Positions 1 through 12,699 of a stretch of 64,000 nucleotides of DNA are shown here, in pieces (within the stretch, counting starts at the first letter, position 1; each line of letters opens with the position of its first letter). The stretch is from Felis catus (Eukaryota): assembly GCF_018350175.1 (NCBI RefSeq), contig NC_058368.1, forward strand, positions 78,928,001-78,992,000, given 5' to 3'. Under the pieces are notes generated by a model. The model saw only the letters and a list, made by a program, of their open reading frames with translations. It did not search any database and had not been told where the DNA came from. The translations under genes and the position numbers were made by a program.

Positions 1-1018
1 GTCATTCCTCCATCAGGCCAACTGTCCTCTACAACCCGATTTTGATTGAGTTTCTCCTGGACCATTGCGTTCTTAACAGCCCAGTCTGCAACTACTAAGA
101 TTAATTTCACTTGGCTTCCTCCATCCAGAATTCAGCAGAAGTGAAAATGCTGGTTCTTCTCACTGCTTCACGGAGCAGGTCGTAGCCGCTGTAAATTCTC
201 TACCATAAGGACACGAAAAGTGGGGGACGGGGTGGCTTAAAGAAATACTGAAATGCCCATAGGTAGGGCTTGTTAACTGACTATTTTTTAAGAATCTTAA
301 AATGGTGGTATTTCACACATTTGACTCTATAATGTCAACAGGAGCCCATAGTTCTCTGAAGGAGGTTCATTGGTCTCTTTCGTGGAACAGTGGAGTAGTA
401 GCCTCTGTGATGATCAACAAGTAAGTGGGAGAGAAAAGAGGGCGTCAGGAAGATGGATGGAAAACTGTGGTGGGAACAGCGGTCGCAATTTCCTATCTTT
501 AATCAAGCCTTTATAGTCACTAAAGTTTTGCACATTTTGGGCAAAATGACTGACCATCCCACCCAATTCCTCACTAGTATTGATGACCTTGACCTTGACC
601 TTTTGTGCTACTGCCCCAGCCCCACCCCAGCCATCCCAGGTCAGACAGCGGAGGAGATCCCTGGAGAAGGGGCGTGCACCACGTGAGCTGGGCTTCAGCT
701 CCCTCCGGGCCCGGCACAGCGTCCACTCGGCTTCCGGGGCCTCCCAGCTTGGCAGTCATGTCTGTCTCCACAGCAAATACCTCAGATTCTTACAGCTTCC
801 GCCAGCCAGCGGCGCCTAGTCATCTAGACCCAACCTCTTCCTTTCCTCGAAACACTGAAGCCTCAAAGCGCTGGTTTCTTTGCTGCTCTGAGACGCCAGC
901 AGCCTTTGGACCCGTGTTTGTCACCTCAGCTGGCACATCGAGAGGCCGTGTCCCTTCTGTGGTGGAAGGCATGCCCTCCCACCGTGCTCCAGTCCCAAAC
1001 CCTCTTCCCTTCTAGCAA

Positions 1019-1214
1019 CTTTATTTTTAATGTTTTTATGTATTTATGTTGAGAGAGAGAGAGACAGAGGCAGAAATAGAGGGAGAGAGAGAACCCCAAG
1101 CCAACTCCATCAGAGTAGAGCCCAATCTGGGGCTCGATCTCATGACCGTGAGATCATGACCAGAGCCAAAACCCGGAGTCGGATGCTCAACTGACTGAGC
1201 CACCCAGGCGCCCC
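1019..1214 (-). mobile_element. CAN-SINE (felid SINEC-type)
   Basis: Reverse complement of the GGGGCGCCTGGGTGGCTCAGTC head, (CT)n tract and A-tail. Imperfect TSD cttc(t/c)agcaacttt. Confidence 0.9.
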
Positions 1215-1399
1215 TCTTCCAGCAACTTTCTGCTCTTCAGACCCCCTACACCTCCCTTTCTGTCAGCCTTCCATCCAGGATCTTCTGTGGGCTTCCAACT
1301 CAGCATGGAAATCTTCTGAAGACTCTCCCAGTCCCCACCCCAGGAGGCTGGACTCCCTCACTTGCATGCTTCAGAGCTAGCACTGAGGGAAGAGAAGTC

Positions 1400-2130
1400 T
1401 TCACAGCCCCACCATCAACAGCAGTCTGTGTCTTTCCCCACACCACCACCCATTTCCTTGTGTCTACGGTCTCTTTTCTGTCACTATCAATCATTCTTGA
1501 AAATGTTACCCTTTTGTTTGGACGGCTCTGGCTTGTTTTAATTTTCCTACTCCCTTCCTGAACATTCAGTTCTTTCTTCATCCCGAAAATGTTAGCATCT
1601 TCTTTGGGGTGAGCTCATCCAGTCACAAGGGTTTGGTCATCTGCATGTTGATGACTTCCAGATCTTATTTTCTAGTCTCTTCTGAATGTCAGGTCCTTCC
1701 AGCCAATTATTTTTTGGAATTCTACTGGAATCCCAACAAGGTGTTCAAAGTCAACCTGACCAATATAAAATATAAGACTTTCTCAAAAACATATCCTTCT
1801 TGCTGAGAACACTCTGGTTCAATGAGCTCACGCTCTACCCTGTTTCCTGAGACATAATCTTGCAAAACCTCGTTAATGCCTCTCTCTTCTCTTTCCTCTG
1901 CCTCCAGTCTATCCCTTCATCCTGCCAGTCCTGCCTCCAGGGCACCTGTCTCCCCTCCTCTTCACCACTGCTGGTCTCCCTGGATCACCCAGCACCCTTG
2001 CCCTTTCCAGGTAATCTTTCCTGGGCTATCAGAACACTTTTTCAAACACTGATCTGATCATGCCATTTCTTCTCTTTAAGACGTTTAGGACTGCCCATCA
2101 TTTCTAAGACCTAAGGGAAGCTCTTTTGCA
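1400..2130 (+). mobile_element. Degraded LINE-2 fragment
   Basis: Pyrimidine-rich L2-like sequence with a YADD-like remnant (catgttgatgacttccagatc, ~1645) and an L2-type 'tctgatcatgccatttctt...taagac' segment. Boundaries approximate. Confidence 0.55.
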
Positions 2131-3041
2131 AGAGAGACAAAACTCTGACAACTTCTCCAACCTCACCAATTTCTGCTTCTCTCATCCGTGGCTACCATTT
2201 TGCCAACATACCTGAGCTCCTGTATACACCACAGGCACAGTCAACGCTGGGTACCTTGGTACATGTTGCTAAGTATTCCAGGGGCACCCTTAAGTCCTGA
2301 ATTTGCTTGAAAAATTCTTATTCAGGTATTGGCTCTTGGAAAGGAAGCCTCTTCCTGTCTTGTAGACTTTTATCCACTCTGGGTTCCGTCCTTTTTCTGA
2401 ACACTTACAAACACCTCTTGTTCATCTCCATTATTCTACTTGCATACTGTATATTGTATATTATATTCTCTGTTTCCTGAGCACAGGGATACATTTGCTT
2501 TTGTTGTTGCTGAGTGTCCAGGGATGAGCCCTTTAACTTTATACGTGTCCTTTATACCTATATCCCCAGCAGCTGTGTATTTGGGAAATGATCCCTATGT
2601 GTTTGTTGCATGAGAGCAATAAATCAACAAATTACTCAGCCACTGCATGATTAAAGGATATTGGCCAGAAGAAATAATAAATTACTTGAAATTAAAAATC
2701 TTCAATAAAAGTATTAATTACAAAGCATGTGATAGGACCCACCAGATTTCTATATGAAATGCCTAAAACACCTGTGACCTTCTCCTTTCGGTAGGAAGGG
2801 TGCAGGTAAGGTGAGAACCAAGTGAAACAGTGTAAATAGGTTCTGGTACAGCAAGAACTTTTTTTTCCTTCCTGAAACATCATGTGCTATTATGTATCAA
2901 AGCCTTGTAAACACAGGGCACGCAACGTCCAGGTGACTTCTATTATTCTGGAGACCAAATATGGCGGAAGTGACTTTTAACCACTGGAGTTTGACCACAA
3001 GCCAAGCTATAAGGCTGTGTGCTTTTTTTTTATCCTAACAG

Positions 3042-3153
3042 GTATTTGAACCAGTCCCTACCAGAAGACGTATCAACAGCAGAACATTCTGTGAACAGGG
3101 AGAAATTTGCTCTTTTGAAACAAGCCCTGAATGTAGTTGGCTTCAGTAACATG
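3042..3153 (+). CDS. MYO16: MYO16 internal coding exon A (motor domain): (R)[37 protein letters not shown]
   Basis: T-tract + CAG acceptor ending at 3041; donor ATG|GTGAGT at 3154; 112 nt, phase 2 to 0. The peptide resembles recalled mammalian MYO16 (RYLNQ...NREK...LNVVGFS) and joins in frame to the next exon. Confidence 0.93.
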
Positions 3154-3214
3154 GTGAGTCGTATCATAAAATATTTCACTGAGAAAACCAACCTTGTCCT
3201 AATTTACACAAGTC

Positions 3215-3460
3215 TTTCATTCAAAAACATTTACTGAGTCCCTATTATATTCCGGATATTGTTGCAAATACTCATGATTCAGCAGAGGACAGAACTCAGT
3301 CTGTGCCTCCTAGAATGTACATTCTCAGGGGCGGGGGGGAGGTAGACATGAACGCGGGGTCCAGGGTCATAGGTACTGTTTAGACAAATAGAGGAGGAGC
3401 GTCTGTTTTCAAGAAGGTGGTCAAGGAGACCTTTGGCCAGATGAACCCTGAGAGCAAAAC
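3215..3460 (-). mobile_element. LINE-2 3' end fragment
   Basis: 'cattcaaaaacatttactgagtccctattat' is the reverse complement of the L2 3' terminus. Confidence 0.6.
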
Positions 3461-3656
3461 AGATCAAAGAACTTTGCATTGACCAGTTCTAAAGAAAACA
3501 AAGGCAAGGAACTGTTTGCTACTAAGAATCACTTTGAAAAGTAACCTAATCTCTCATTAAAGTTTTCTGTGCAACATAAAGCTTGTTCTTATTCTTAAAG
3601 AGTTACACCTGCAGGTATTATGAGGCTGAAAAATACAATTTAAAAGGTTCAAACCA

Positions 3657-3859
3657 CCACTCTACAGTAGAAATTTCTGTAGTCATGGAAATGTTCTCGA
3701 TCTGTGCTTCACAATATATGGCAGGTGCATGTGTGGCTAGTGGGCATTTGAAATGTGACTAGTGTGAATGAGGAAACGGATTTTTAATTTTTCTTGGTTT
3801 TAATTCATTTAAATTTAAGTAGCCTGTGTGGTCAGTGGTTACCGAATTGGACAGCACAG
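3657..3859 (+). mobile_element. MER3-like non-autonomous hAT-Charlie DNA transposon
   Basis: Matches the recalled MER3 consensus: tagaaatttctg...atggaaatgttct...tgtggctagt...tttgaaatgtgactagtgtgaatgaggaa...tttaaatttaa...ttggacagcacag. Confidence 0.8.
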
Positions 3860-6333
3860 GTCTCCTGGACAAGAGATGTGAAACGAGCTAAGCCTGGAGT
3901 GCCCTCAAAATTCCCTCAAATTTGTCTTTCCCTTACACAGTAGCTGTTCCCTCCTCGTTCAGTTTGGTGTAATTTTGAATTATGGGGACTTCCTCACTAG
4001 CAAGGAATGTAAGATTGCATGGGTAACTTTGGAGTGGCCAAACCCAGATTTAGTCATAGATTTAAATATGTCCTTTTTCTTAGGGCAGTAAGTTGATGGC
4101 TTTGGGTCTTTGCTTCTTTTCTTTTTCACCCTAGTCCACATAGACACAGCCCACAGGGCACGGAGGTCTAGGAAGGGGTGGAGAGGGAGGGATAAGGAAA
4201 TGGGGACTCTCCCTAAATGAAACAGCTCTGGCCACTTCACCCTTGCCCCTTTCCGAGATGGGAATTCTAGCAACATAAATCATATGGTATCTTTTTGTTG
4301 CTTTTTTTTGTTTGTTTTTTCCTAAATATACGATGTGTATATTTCTTTTAGCAAGTCCTAACCTATTTGCAGGTTTCTGTCCTTGGACTTGCTACGGTTG
4401 TACTTTTAGGTTATTTTTTCCCCTTCTTCTGTGCCTAAAATGTCTGCTTCCTTATAGGAAACTGGCATAGACAGGTGGGTAAGGAACCATTCTACCAAAG
4501 TGCCCGTTGCCTGGAAACAGGGCTTTAAAAATCCATGATTGATTCTCAAAGGCAGGGCAACCAAAATGTGCTTTCCACCTGAGGTAGCTAAGAGAGAATT
4601 TAACAGCCTCTTTGGTAAAAGAAATGTGTGCCTTTTAACAAAGACATGAAAGTAATTGTTTCACTGTGATCCTTTAGGATGTCTGGTATGGGGACATTTT
4701 AGTGCACTTATGAGGATAGATCATGTTCAGTAAGGCTAGAAGAAAGGTATTTCTGGTCCTTGAATCCAGACTTGTCCTTTAAGGTGCCTCCACCTGCGAC
4801 CTCTGTCATCACCGTCATCGCCGGCCAGTGGGACAGAGGGGGATTGGTGTTGGGTCCAGGCAGACACAGGGCAGCGTCCCTGGCCTCTGCTCACAGGGCA
4901 GAAGATTCCGCACACGGTAATCCGTAGTGTGGCCGACTGTCGCACTATGTCTCCACTGCTGAGCTGTGAGATCCTTGAGGTCAGGACAAAGCCTTCCTGT
5001 CCCCATCTGCAGAGCCCCTACCTCACAGGGCGCTGGAAAAGCTACTGAGAAGTTACTGGATTTATTAGAAAAGGGAGGAAGCAGTTGTCAGGTCGCGTAA
5101 GAAGTAAAATGTTGTTGTAACGAGCATAACTGAATAAAACTCGAAACCGTCATCTGTAATTTGTGGGTTACCAAGCCCATTTTTAAGTATTGCCACAATC
5201 CTATGGTATCATACCCGAAAAATTACTTAGAGACCGTCCTTGTCCGTGTTCTCACTTTCAAGATGATAGAATTATACTTTGTGGTGAAAGCCAGAAGTTC
5301 TGGAGGAAATTCATGGAAGTCCCCAGGGCTGTATGTTCACCTGTATATTTATAAAGTGAATAAGACCTATTCTTAGTAACTTTTCACAGGAAGCGGCTCT
5401 TTATTTTGAAATTACAGACTAGAAAAATGAGGATTTGAAGACTATGTCACTTGCCCAATGTGGAACCTAACCAGCTTTACTATTGATGTCGTTATACTAA
5501 ATATTTGTTCTTCTAGAGAAGTGTATTTGTTAGCCTACAGCTTTCCCTTGATTTTTCATTCTTGCCACGAAATGGCGGTCCACGAGCCAGATTTAAGGTC
5601 TGATTTCTTTCTTTATGCAGAGTTCCACATTCTCAGATACCGTCTTTCAACAAATGTTCTCTTACTTCCTTCTACCTTCTGCTCAAAGGTGGCTTTGGCC
5701 AAACATCCATTTCTTTCTGTTTTCTTCAAAATACCTTAAAAACACAATTAGCATTTTTTTTTTATCAGGGCATAGATATTTGTATTGTGCCTTCCTGAAT
5801 TTTCCAGCAGGAGTGAAAAGTTCTGTCATCATAGCCTCGGTTTATCTCAGAGGGGAGGTAACTGAGAGATATGCACCATATAGCAGGCATCCTGGAAGGA
5901 AGCCGCCTCCGCGTCCAGCTCTGGGAGGATGTGGGCGATCTGACCGCCCCGGTGAGGTCCAGCCAGCCAGACTCAGGACACGGTGATCCAGTTTTCATTA
6001 TGAGATTTGTCAAGAAGCTGTTGATTTATATCAGAACGTCACTTCCTCCTCCCCCCCCCGCCCCCGCCTTTTTTTTTTTTTTTTTTTTTTTTTTTGTTTA
6101 AGGAACAGAGACATTGATGTAGACAAAATGTGCACTGAATTGTGAGGTTTTGGTTTTGAGCAGAAGGTTGGTAGTTCTCTCGCCAGACCCCCGGGATCTG
6201 AAAAATCCCAGCTCCACTAACAGAGTTCACAGCATTGATTTTTTTTTTTTAACCTATTAGGTTTTTCAAGGATTTGTCTTATCTTTTCTTGTAAGCAATT
6301 CTCTCCGCTTTCTGTTTTTTCTAAAACGCGTAG

Positions 6334-6561
<228 letters not shown>

Positions 6562-7255
6562 TAGAATAGAGCAGGAAAAAAAAAATAATAATAAAAAAAA
6601 ATCATAAAAGAGCTGTATCCACTTTGTTCTTTCTTTTCAATGGTTTTGGGAATGAAGAGCAGTGGGCACATTATGTTCTCAGGCTTCCCACCATGTTTAC
6701 AGAGCTGATTTTTAGGTGCATCCTGGGGTTTATTTATGTCGTTCTGAATATTTTCCACCCCCACCCTGCCGCCCAGTGTATTTTGGGGGCATGTTATTAA
6801 CCACACATTTTAAACAATATAATTACTTCCCTTCAGAGGTCTTGCCAAAAACCTCTCTCTCCCCTTTGAAGTAGCCTTGTTAGTCACTCCCAGATTTTTT
6901 CAAAATACCTTAAAACCACAGATTGTCAGTGAACATCATATCTTCACCTTATATCAAAGTAATGTAACCAGGGACTGGGAGAACAATTCAGGGCCATCTG
7001 TGAGGGCGAGGAGGGAAAAAAAAAAAAAACCTGTCGTGATTTAATACAGGAGCCCAACCAACTCAGTAATGTTTTGATAACTCCAAGCGATTGTTCTCAT
7101 TTACTTTGATAATTAAAGTGGCCGTTCAGTTTTCTTTAATACCCACAGTTCCTCATATGTAAAACTTATCAACGATGGCCCGAAAGTACGGTGTTCTTGC
7201 CATCAAAAATATACACGTTCTAACTTGATTCTTTTCAACGCTGCTTTCATTTCAG

Positions 7256-7327
7256 TGGCTGGTTTGTTGCAAGTGTCACCTGATGAATTGGTATCTGCTT
7301 TAACAACGGATATCCAGTATTTTAAAG
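7256..7327 (+). CDS. MYO16: MYO16 internal coding exon C: (V)[23 protein letters not shown]
   Basis: TTTCAG acceptor ending at 7255; donor AAG|GTAAGC at 7328; 72 nt, phase 1 to 1. Myosin 'AxLLxV..EL..ALT' pattern. Confidence 0.95.
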
Positions 7328-7784
7328 GTAAGCTGTACCCTCCTCTGATCGTTCATTCCGTCCAGTTTGTGGCCATCTTGGAGGCACGGAAAGCCACTGC
7401 CGCCTTGCCTTTCCCCACCTCCGGTGACTGCCCCCACGGACTGAATGCCAAACGCGGGAAGCCTTATGAACTCATCCGTTCACGCAGTTATGACTCTGCC
7501 TTGTAAGCTCGTGAAGCCCTTGAGAGACCATTCTGTTGAAACAGTCACCTTTTCTCGCCGGTCAGTCATTTTAGACAAATCCAGTCTTCAGCCCAAGAGG
7601 ATCTATTCAGTTGAGTCGTCCGAACCATTTGTGTATGTCATGCCACGATACCCTCTACGTTTTAAGTCCTAATCATCGCTCCCGTTTATGGGACACTTAC
7701 AAACTGATGGGAAATGTGCCACGGGCCGTAAATGCCAGACTTTTAAAATCCTCACAAATGGCTGCCAAGGGGGCCTCGCCATTT

Positions 7785-7880
7785 CCTTCTTTAACAGATG
7801 AGAAAACTGAGATCCAAAGAGGATGAATAGCTTTGCACCTCAAATCACTAGTAAACGGCCTGTTGGGGATTAGCACCCAG
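7785..7880 (-). mobile_element. MIR fragment
   Basis: MIR core 'acagatgagaaaactgag...agagg'. Confidence 0.65.
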
Positions 7881-8904
7881 TGCTGTCGCGCCTACGTGTC
7901 GCGTGTGGACACGGGGAATCTCCGTGCCGTACGCGTGTCTATGCAGTGGGCAAACACAGTGGTCTTCCTATATGCCCTTTGGTTATTCCCCATACATCAG
8001 CACCTTCCCCCCCTTCCTCATATTAAAAGTTTAAGGACTCACCCTCCAGCTGGTCTTTTTTTTCCTCTAATCACCAGTGTCTTTACCTGCTTCTCCTCTT
8101 GGACCTACCTTGGAGGTATTTAGGTAGGTGGCTTATCAGTTGTGCCTTGTCTTCAGAGAGCTCCCCCCGTGTTCCGGAACTGTATGGATCTGCCCATTGT
8201 CCACTCAGTTACCTCTTCCTTCTCCTCCTCCACCGACTAGACCAGACACAAGCCGGCTCTACTCCACAAATCCCTCCCATTCTCGTTGGCTTCTCTTTAT
8301 TTCTATCACCGCTGCCTCAGTATATCATTCCTTCCCTTGATCACCGAATGGCATTGTCTCTCATCTTTTGTCCGGCCTCGTCTCATTTGGCTTCCTTCCA
8401 CACTGCTTCAGGAATAGTCTTTCTGAATCGTGTTCTGCAAGTAGGATTTTCATCCATAGACATCAGCCCTTCAAAGATGCTCCCAGGCCTTCCAGAGCGA
8501 ACCTCATCTCTTTGGGTTGGCCCAGGAGGCCCTTTATGATTCGGGCCCACCAAACTTAGGCTGTATTCTGAGCCATTTTGTACCAGCCCTTGCATCCAAT
8601 TACATTAAGTTTCTTGAACTTCTCCAAATTCATCATTTCTCGTGACTTTTTAAAGAAAACTTGAACTCACCATTAGTATCTAGAATTTACTACGGGCAGG
8701 TTTTTCTGCTTACACTGTCCTCCTGTCCTTACTCACCTTCCAGCACCCTCCATCATGTTGACTCCAGGGACCTTAATTCTATGATATCAGCAAGGGCACA
8801 CCTGCTCTCGTAGCCACTTAGTTTGTTGATCTTGGTGGCCTTGAACCTGTAGGTCCTTGAGTCTTCCTTACCTGCTGTTCTGTTTCTTTTTTTTTCTTTT
8901 GTAA

Positions 8905-9104
8905 ATTTTTTGAAAGTATATTTATTTTTGAGGGAAAGAGAGAGCGTGAGTAGGGCAGGGGCAGAGAGAAGGGGAGAGAGAGAGAAGCACAAGCAGGCTC
9001 TGCACCGAACGCTGAGCCTGATGCGGGGCTTGAACTCACCAACTGTGAGATCATGACCTGAGCCGAAGTCGGACGCTTAACCAACTGAGCCACCCAGGTG
9101 CCCC
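8905..9104 (-). mobile_element. CAN-SINE
   Basis: Antisense head (gagccacccaggtgcccc), (GA)n tract and T-rich tail. Confidence 0.9.
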
Positions 9105-9898
9105 CCCCCCCTTTATTTTCTTTTATCTCAGCCTATCTCAGAAGCAGCTCTCCTCCTGAGTCTGCATCTCCACCGATCAAACGCTCGGCTGTCATTTCAC
9201 ACAGCCCTCGTCCTATTACTTAACTCCCTAATCAGCCTAGTGGCACAAGTTAGCCAGGCTGGCCACGGCCACACTGTCTGAATGCTGGACCCCCTGCTCC
9301 TCTCTGCGCTCCAGCACAGAAGCTATCATAGGCTCAGCCCCACATCTTCCTCACTGATTCCTTTTTTTCTTGGTTTCTTCTCTAGTCTACTCTCTTCTAA
9401 AAGCCTTATCACTCAAGATTTGGATACCCATGTCTTAGAGAATGACATAAACATTTCTGCCCGAAGGCCCAAACTTGTTCCCAAACTCCACACTCACATT
9501 TTGGTTAGCTGGACCATGTCTTTGAAAATATTTAAAATAGGACTGATTTCCCCGATGGCCAGGTTTCCAGATGCCTTGGGGAGGATTCATAGTCAAACCA
9601 GTGAGCTGTTATCAGAATGCTTGTTAAGAGGGGCCCTGCCAACCCTTGGTTCCCTAACAGAAAGGAAATTACACAGCCTGCATGGGGGTCGGAAGCTGTG
9701 CTCAGTGTTTGTAGCACGTAAGATTGCAACGTACATGGCACTCGTTTGGGGAAACGTTTTGAGAGACCTCATTTATAAGAGGTATCACGTGTTTTGAACA
9801 TCTTTTGGTGTGTGAGGCTATGTGACGTGCACGGTGCTGTTTGCTTCTAAATGAGGGGAACCTCGTTCTTCTCTCTCCTCTCCCTTCTGCTGTCCTAG

Positions 9899-10040
9899 GA
9901 GACACCATCATTCGACGACACACAGTACAGATGGCTGAATTTTACCGAGATCTCTTGGCCAAATCCCTGTTCGGTCGTTTGTTTAGCTTTTTGGTGAATA
10001 CCATGAACTGTTGCCTCCAGAGCCAAGAGGAGCACAGCAG
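9899..10040 (+). CDS. MYO16: MYO16 internal coding exon D: (G)[46 protein letters not shown]
   Basis: Long pyrimidine tract + TAG ending at 9898; donor CAG|GTAGGA at 10041; 142 nt, phase 1 to 2. Matches the myosin 'RDxLAKxLYxRLF' helix. Confidence 0.95.
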
Positions 10041-12491
10041 GTAGGATGGACGGACACATGTCTGCACTCTTAGTCCTGAGCCGACTTAAAAGGCTCCCCT
10101 CTTACAGATGCTTTGTAACCCAGCATGGCACCCAAGTTACACTATCATTAAAACATTTCGTTTGAACAAGTGACTTTACCTAAAGGGTTTTATTGACTCT
10201 TTCTTAGAGCTTTAAACCCTCTCCCCGGACTGGCACCCGTTGATGAATTAATCAAATCCTATCTCATGCATGGAGATACAAATGCATTCTCTCTGGACTG
10301 AAGGTATATTATGGCCTTTTGAGCACGAGAAATGTAAAAAAAAAAAAAAAGATAAATCTGGCAAGAATACTGTTAAGGAATATATAAAGCACTTACATTT
10401 GTTGAGGAGTTCCTGTCTGTCTTAGGACCAGTTAGATGATGTGTTTCAGGTTAGTGATGCTTCCTGTTTTCTTCACTTTGTGGATTATTTGACGAAAGGT
10501 CTCTCTGGTTATCATTTTGACTCATAGCCTTACTCGCCCGTAAGCGGTAGCTTTTCAGAACTATTTATGGTCTAAAAATTATAGTCATCCATGGCATACT
10601 TGGTTAATATTCTTGTCACTAACAATGACTTTGAGCAGCATTGAAAGCAGAATTCACACGTGTGCTCATCTTTGAATGAAACCCCTTGGGAATGTCTTTG
10701 TTGCCCATATAGAGTTCTCCACCAGTTTCCTAAAAATTGCTGCCTTTAGCGGTTTCTTGGAAAACACTAGAACCAACATGCATTAATGGATGCTTCTTAA
10801 AGAAACATGGACCTCTCAGAAGAGTCACGGACAAAGGGGTACCGAAGTCCTCGTTAAAATGTACACTTAGAAATCCCACCGCACGCTGATCCGCACGTGC
10901 ACAGCACAGTGTGGGAGTGCAGGGTGGGGGTTGTTATCTGTATTTTAGCGGCTCTACCTTAGAGTTTGGTATGGTGAGGATTCTTGGTTTTTAATTATTT
11001 ATTATCAGTTCATTTGTAATTTTCCTTTAAATATGGAGATTATTCACAGCATGATACTAATATGCTAAGTCTTGCAAATTAATCTTGTATAAAATTATTG
11101 GCAACGCTGCTGAAATTGACATTGAAAAAATTAATATTATCAATCCGGCCGCACAAAGAAACTTCTAGAAAATTTCCATTTGACATTTAAATCTAACAGA
11201 GCCTTAAATGTATATAATCGGAAAAACTTATACGTAGTCTTGATGTTTGACTACATACACACACACAGAAAAATATATACACACGAACCTTGGAAAGCAT
11301 AATATTTCCCTTTCAGTGGGAATATTGCTGCTGTGTCAATATGTAAATTTGTGGTCTTAGTGCTATCTTTTAAAATTCTTTACTAAGCAAATGAAGACAG
11401 GGATTAGTGGGAAATTAGAAGTGATTTAATGTATTACAAGTTTAACTTAGAAGACATACTATTCTCAGATGAGTCAAATTTCGCCATTTTTTTCCCTCTC
11501 ATTTCTCCCCTGGGTCACCCAAACCTAAATTTAAATCTCAAAACACTACAAAGAAAGGTTATGTTTGCAGTGTTTCTAACTCATTGAAATTCATGCAAAG
11601 CTTAAGGATTTGTAGATTTACAGACCCATTTCCTAAGTCTCAGAGAGGTCTCAACACTGGGATAAACTTAGGTTTCAATTATTTATGAATCCCCCACTTT
11701 TTGGATATGTGTAATCATGTCAGAAACATTATATAAGAAATGTGTATCCCATGGTTAAAGTTGGTGAGTGCCCTTCATGCTGAAGGGGAGTATCTTTCAC
11801 ACCACATTTTTTTTTTCTTTGGTGAATTCTGCAAGAAAGAATCCCTGTAAATAAGATGTACTGTAACAAGTTATTAAGAGAAGTCAAGCAGAATTGAAGC
11901 AGATGACATTTTTGTTCTTGGAATGCTGGACCCATTTCCTGGATTACAGCAGAACAGCAAAAAAATTACTTTCTCTACCCAGATTCAAAATAGCGCCGCT
12001 TCTAAGTTGAAATCCTGGGGTATGATGTGGGAGATGCTGATGATTAATTAGGATGAACAGCAGCCTTTGCAGTACCTGCTTGGCTAGTATCTCGCCAATA
12101 AGATTACATCGAAGACCCCTCCCCACCTGCAGGGTGCTATGGTATTCATGTCTTCGTAGGCTACCCGCACCAGGGACCCACCCGGCTGGGGCAGCTTTCG
12201 TCCAGGGGTCATGCTCTGTGGTCAGGGCACTCCAGAAACTGAAACACGCTAAAGCTTTATTTATTGGGATTAGTTGAAAATGATTTGGTTCAAGTAGGCA
12301 AAAAGGAATAATGATAAAAATAGCAACAAAGACGATATACATAATGTATTATATATGTTATTACATGATGTATATATTATATATGATGTATAGTATGACA
12401 TATGGTGTAATAATATAATACCTCTGTCAGTTTAAAACTTTTGTGTTCACAAGGTGCATATGTATCAATTAGCTTCAGCAGAAATCCTGTT

Positions 12492-12699
12492 GGGGTGCTT
12501 GGGTGGCTCAGTCAGTTAAGCGCTTGACTTTGGCTCAGATCATGATCTCACGGTTCACGAGTTTGAGCCCCACATTGGGCTCTCTGTTGTCAGCACAGAG
12601 CCTGCTTTGGATCCTCTGTCAACGCCCTCCCCCAACCCCTCCCCTGCTCGCGCAGTCTCTCTCTCAAAAATAAATACACACTTAAAAAAAGGAAAAAGA
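12492..12699 (+). mobile_element. CAN-SINE
   Basis: GGGGTGCTTGGGTGGCTCAGTC head, A-tail. TSD agaaatcc(t/c)gt at 12480 and 12700. Confidence 0.92.

Noticed and set aside
1996..2016. Intronic YnCAG|GTAA recursive-splice-like site
   Set aside because: It lies in an L2 remnant with a short pyrimidine tract. Similar motifs (e.g. ~41670, ~62138) are expected by chance.
9282..9797. Longest ORF in the track (171 aa)
   Set aside because: Low-complexity Leu/Ser-rich translation of degraded repeat-like intron, with no motif and no coherent splice or promoter context.
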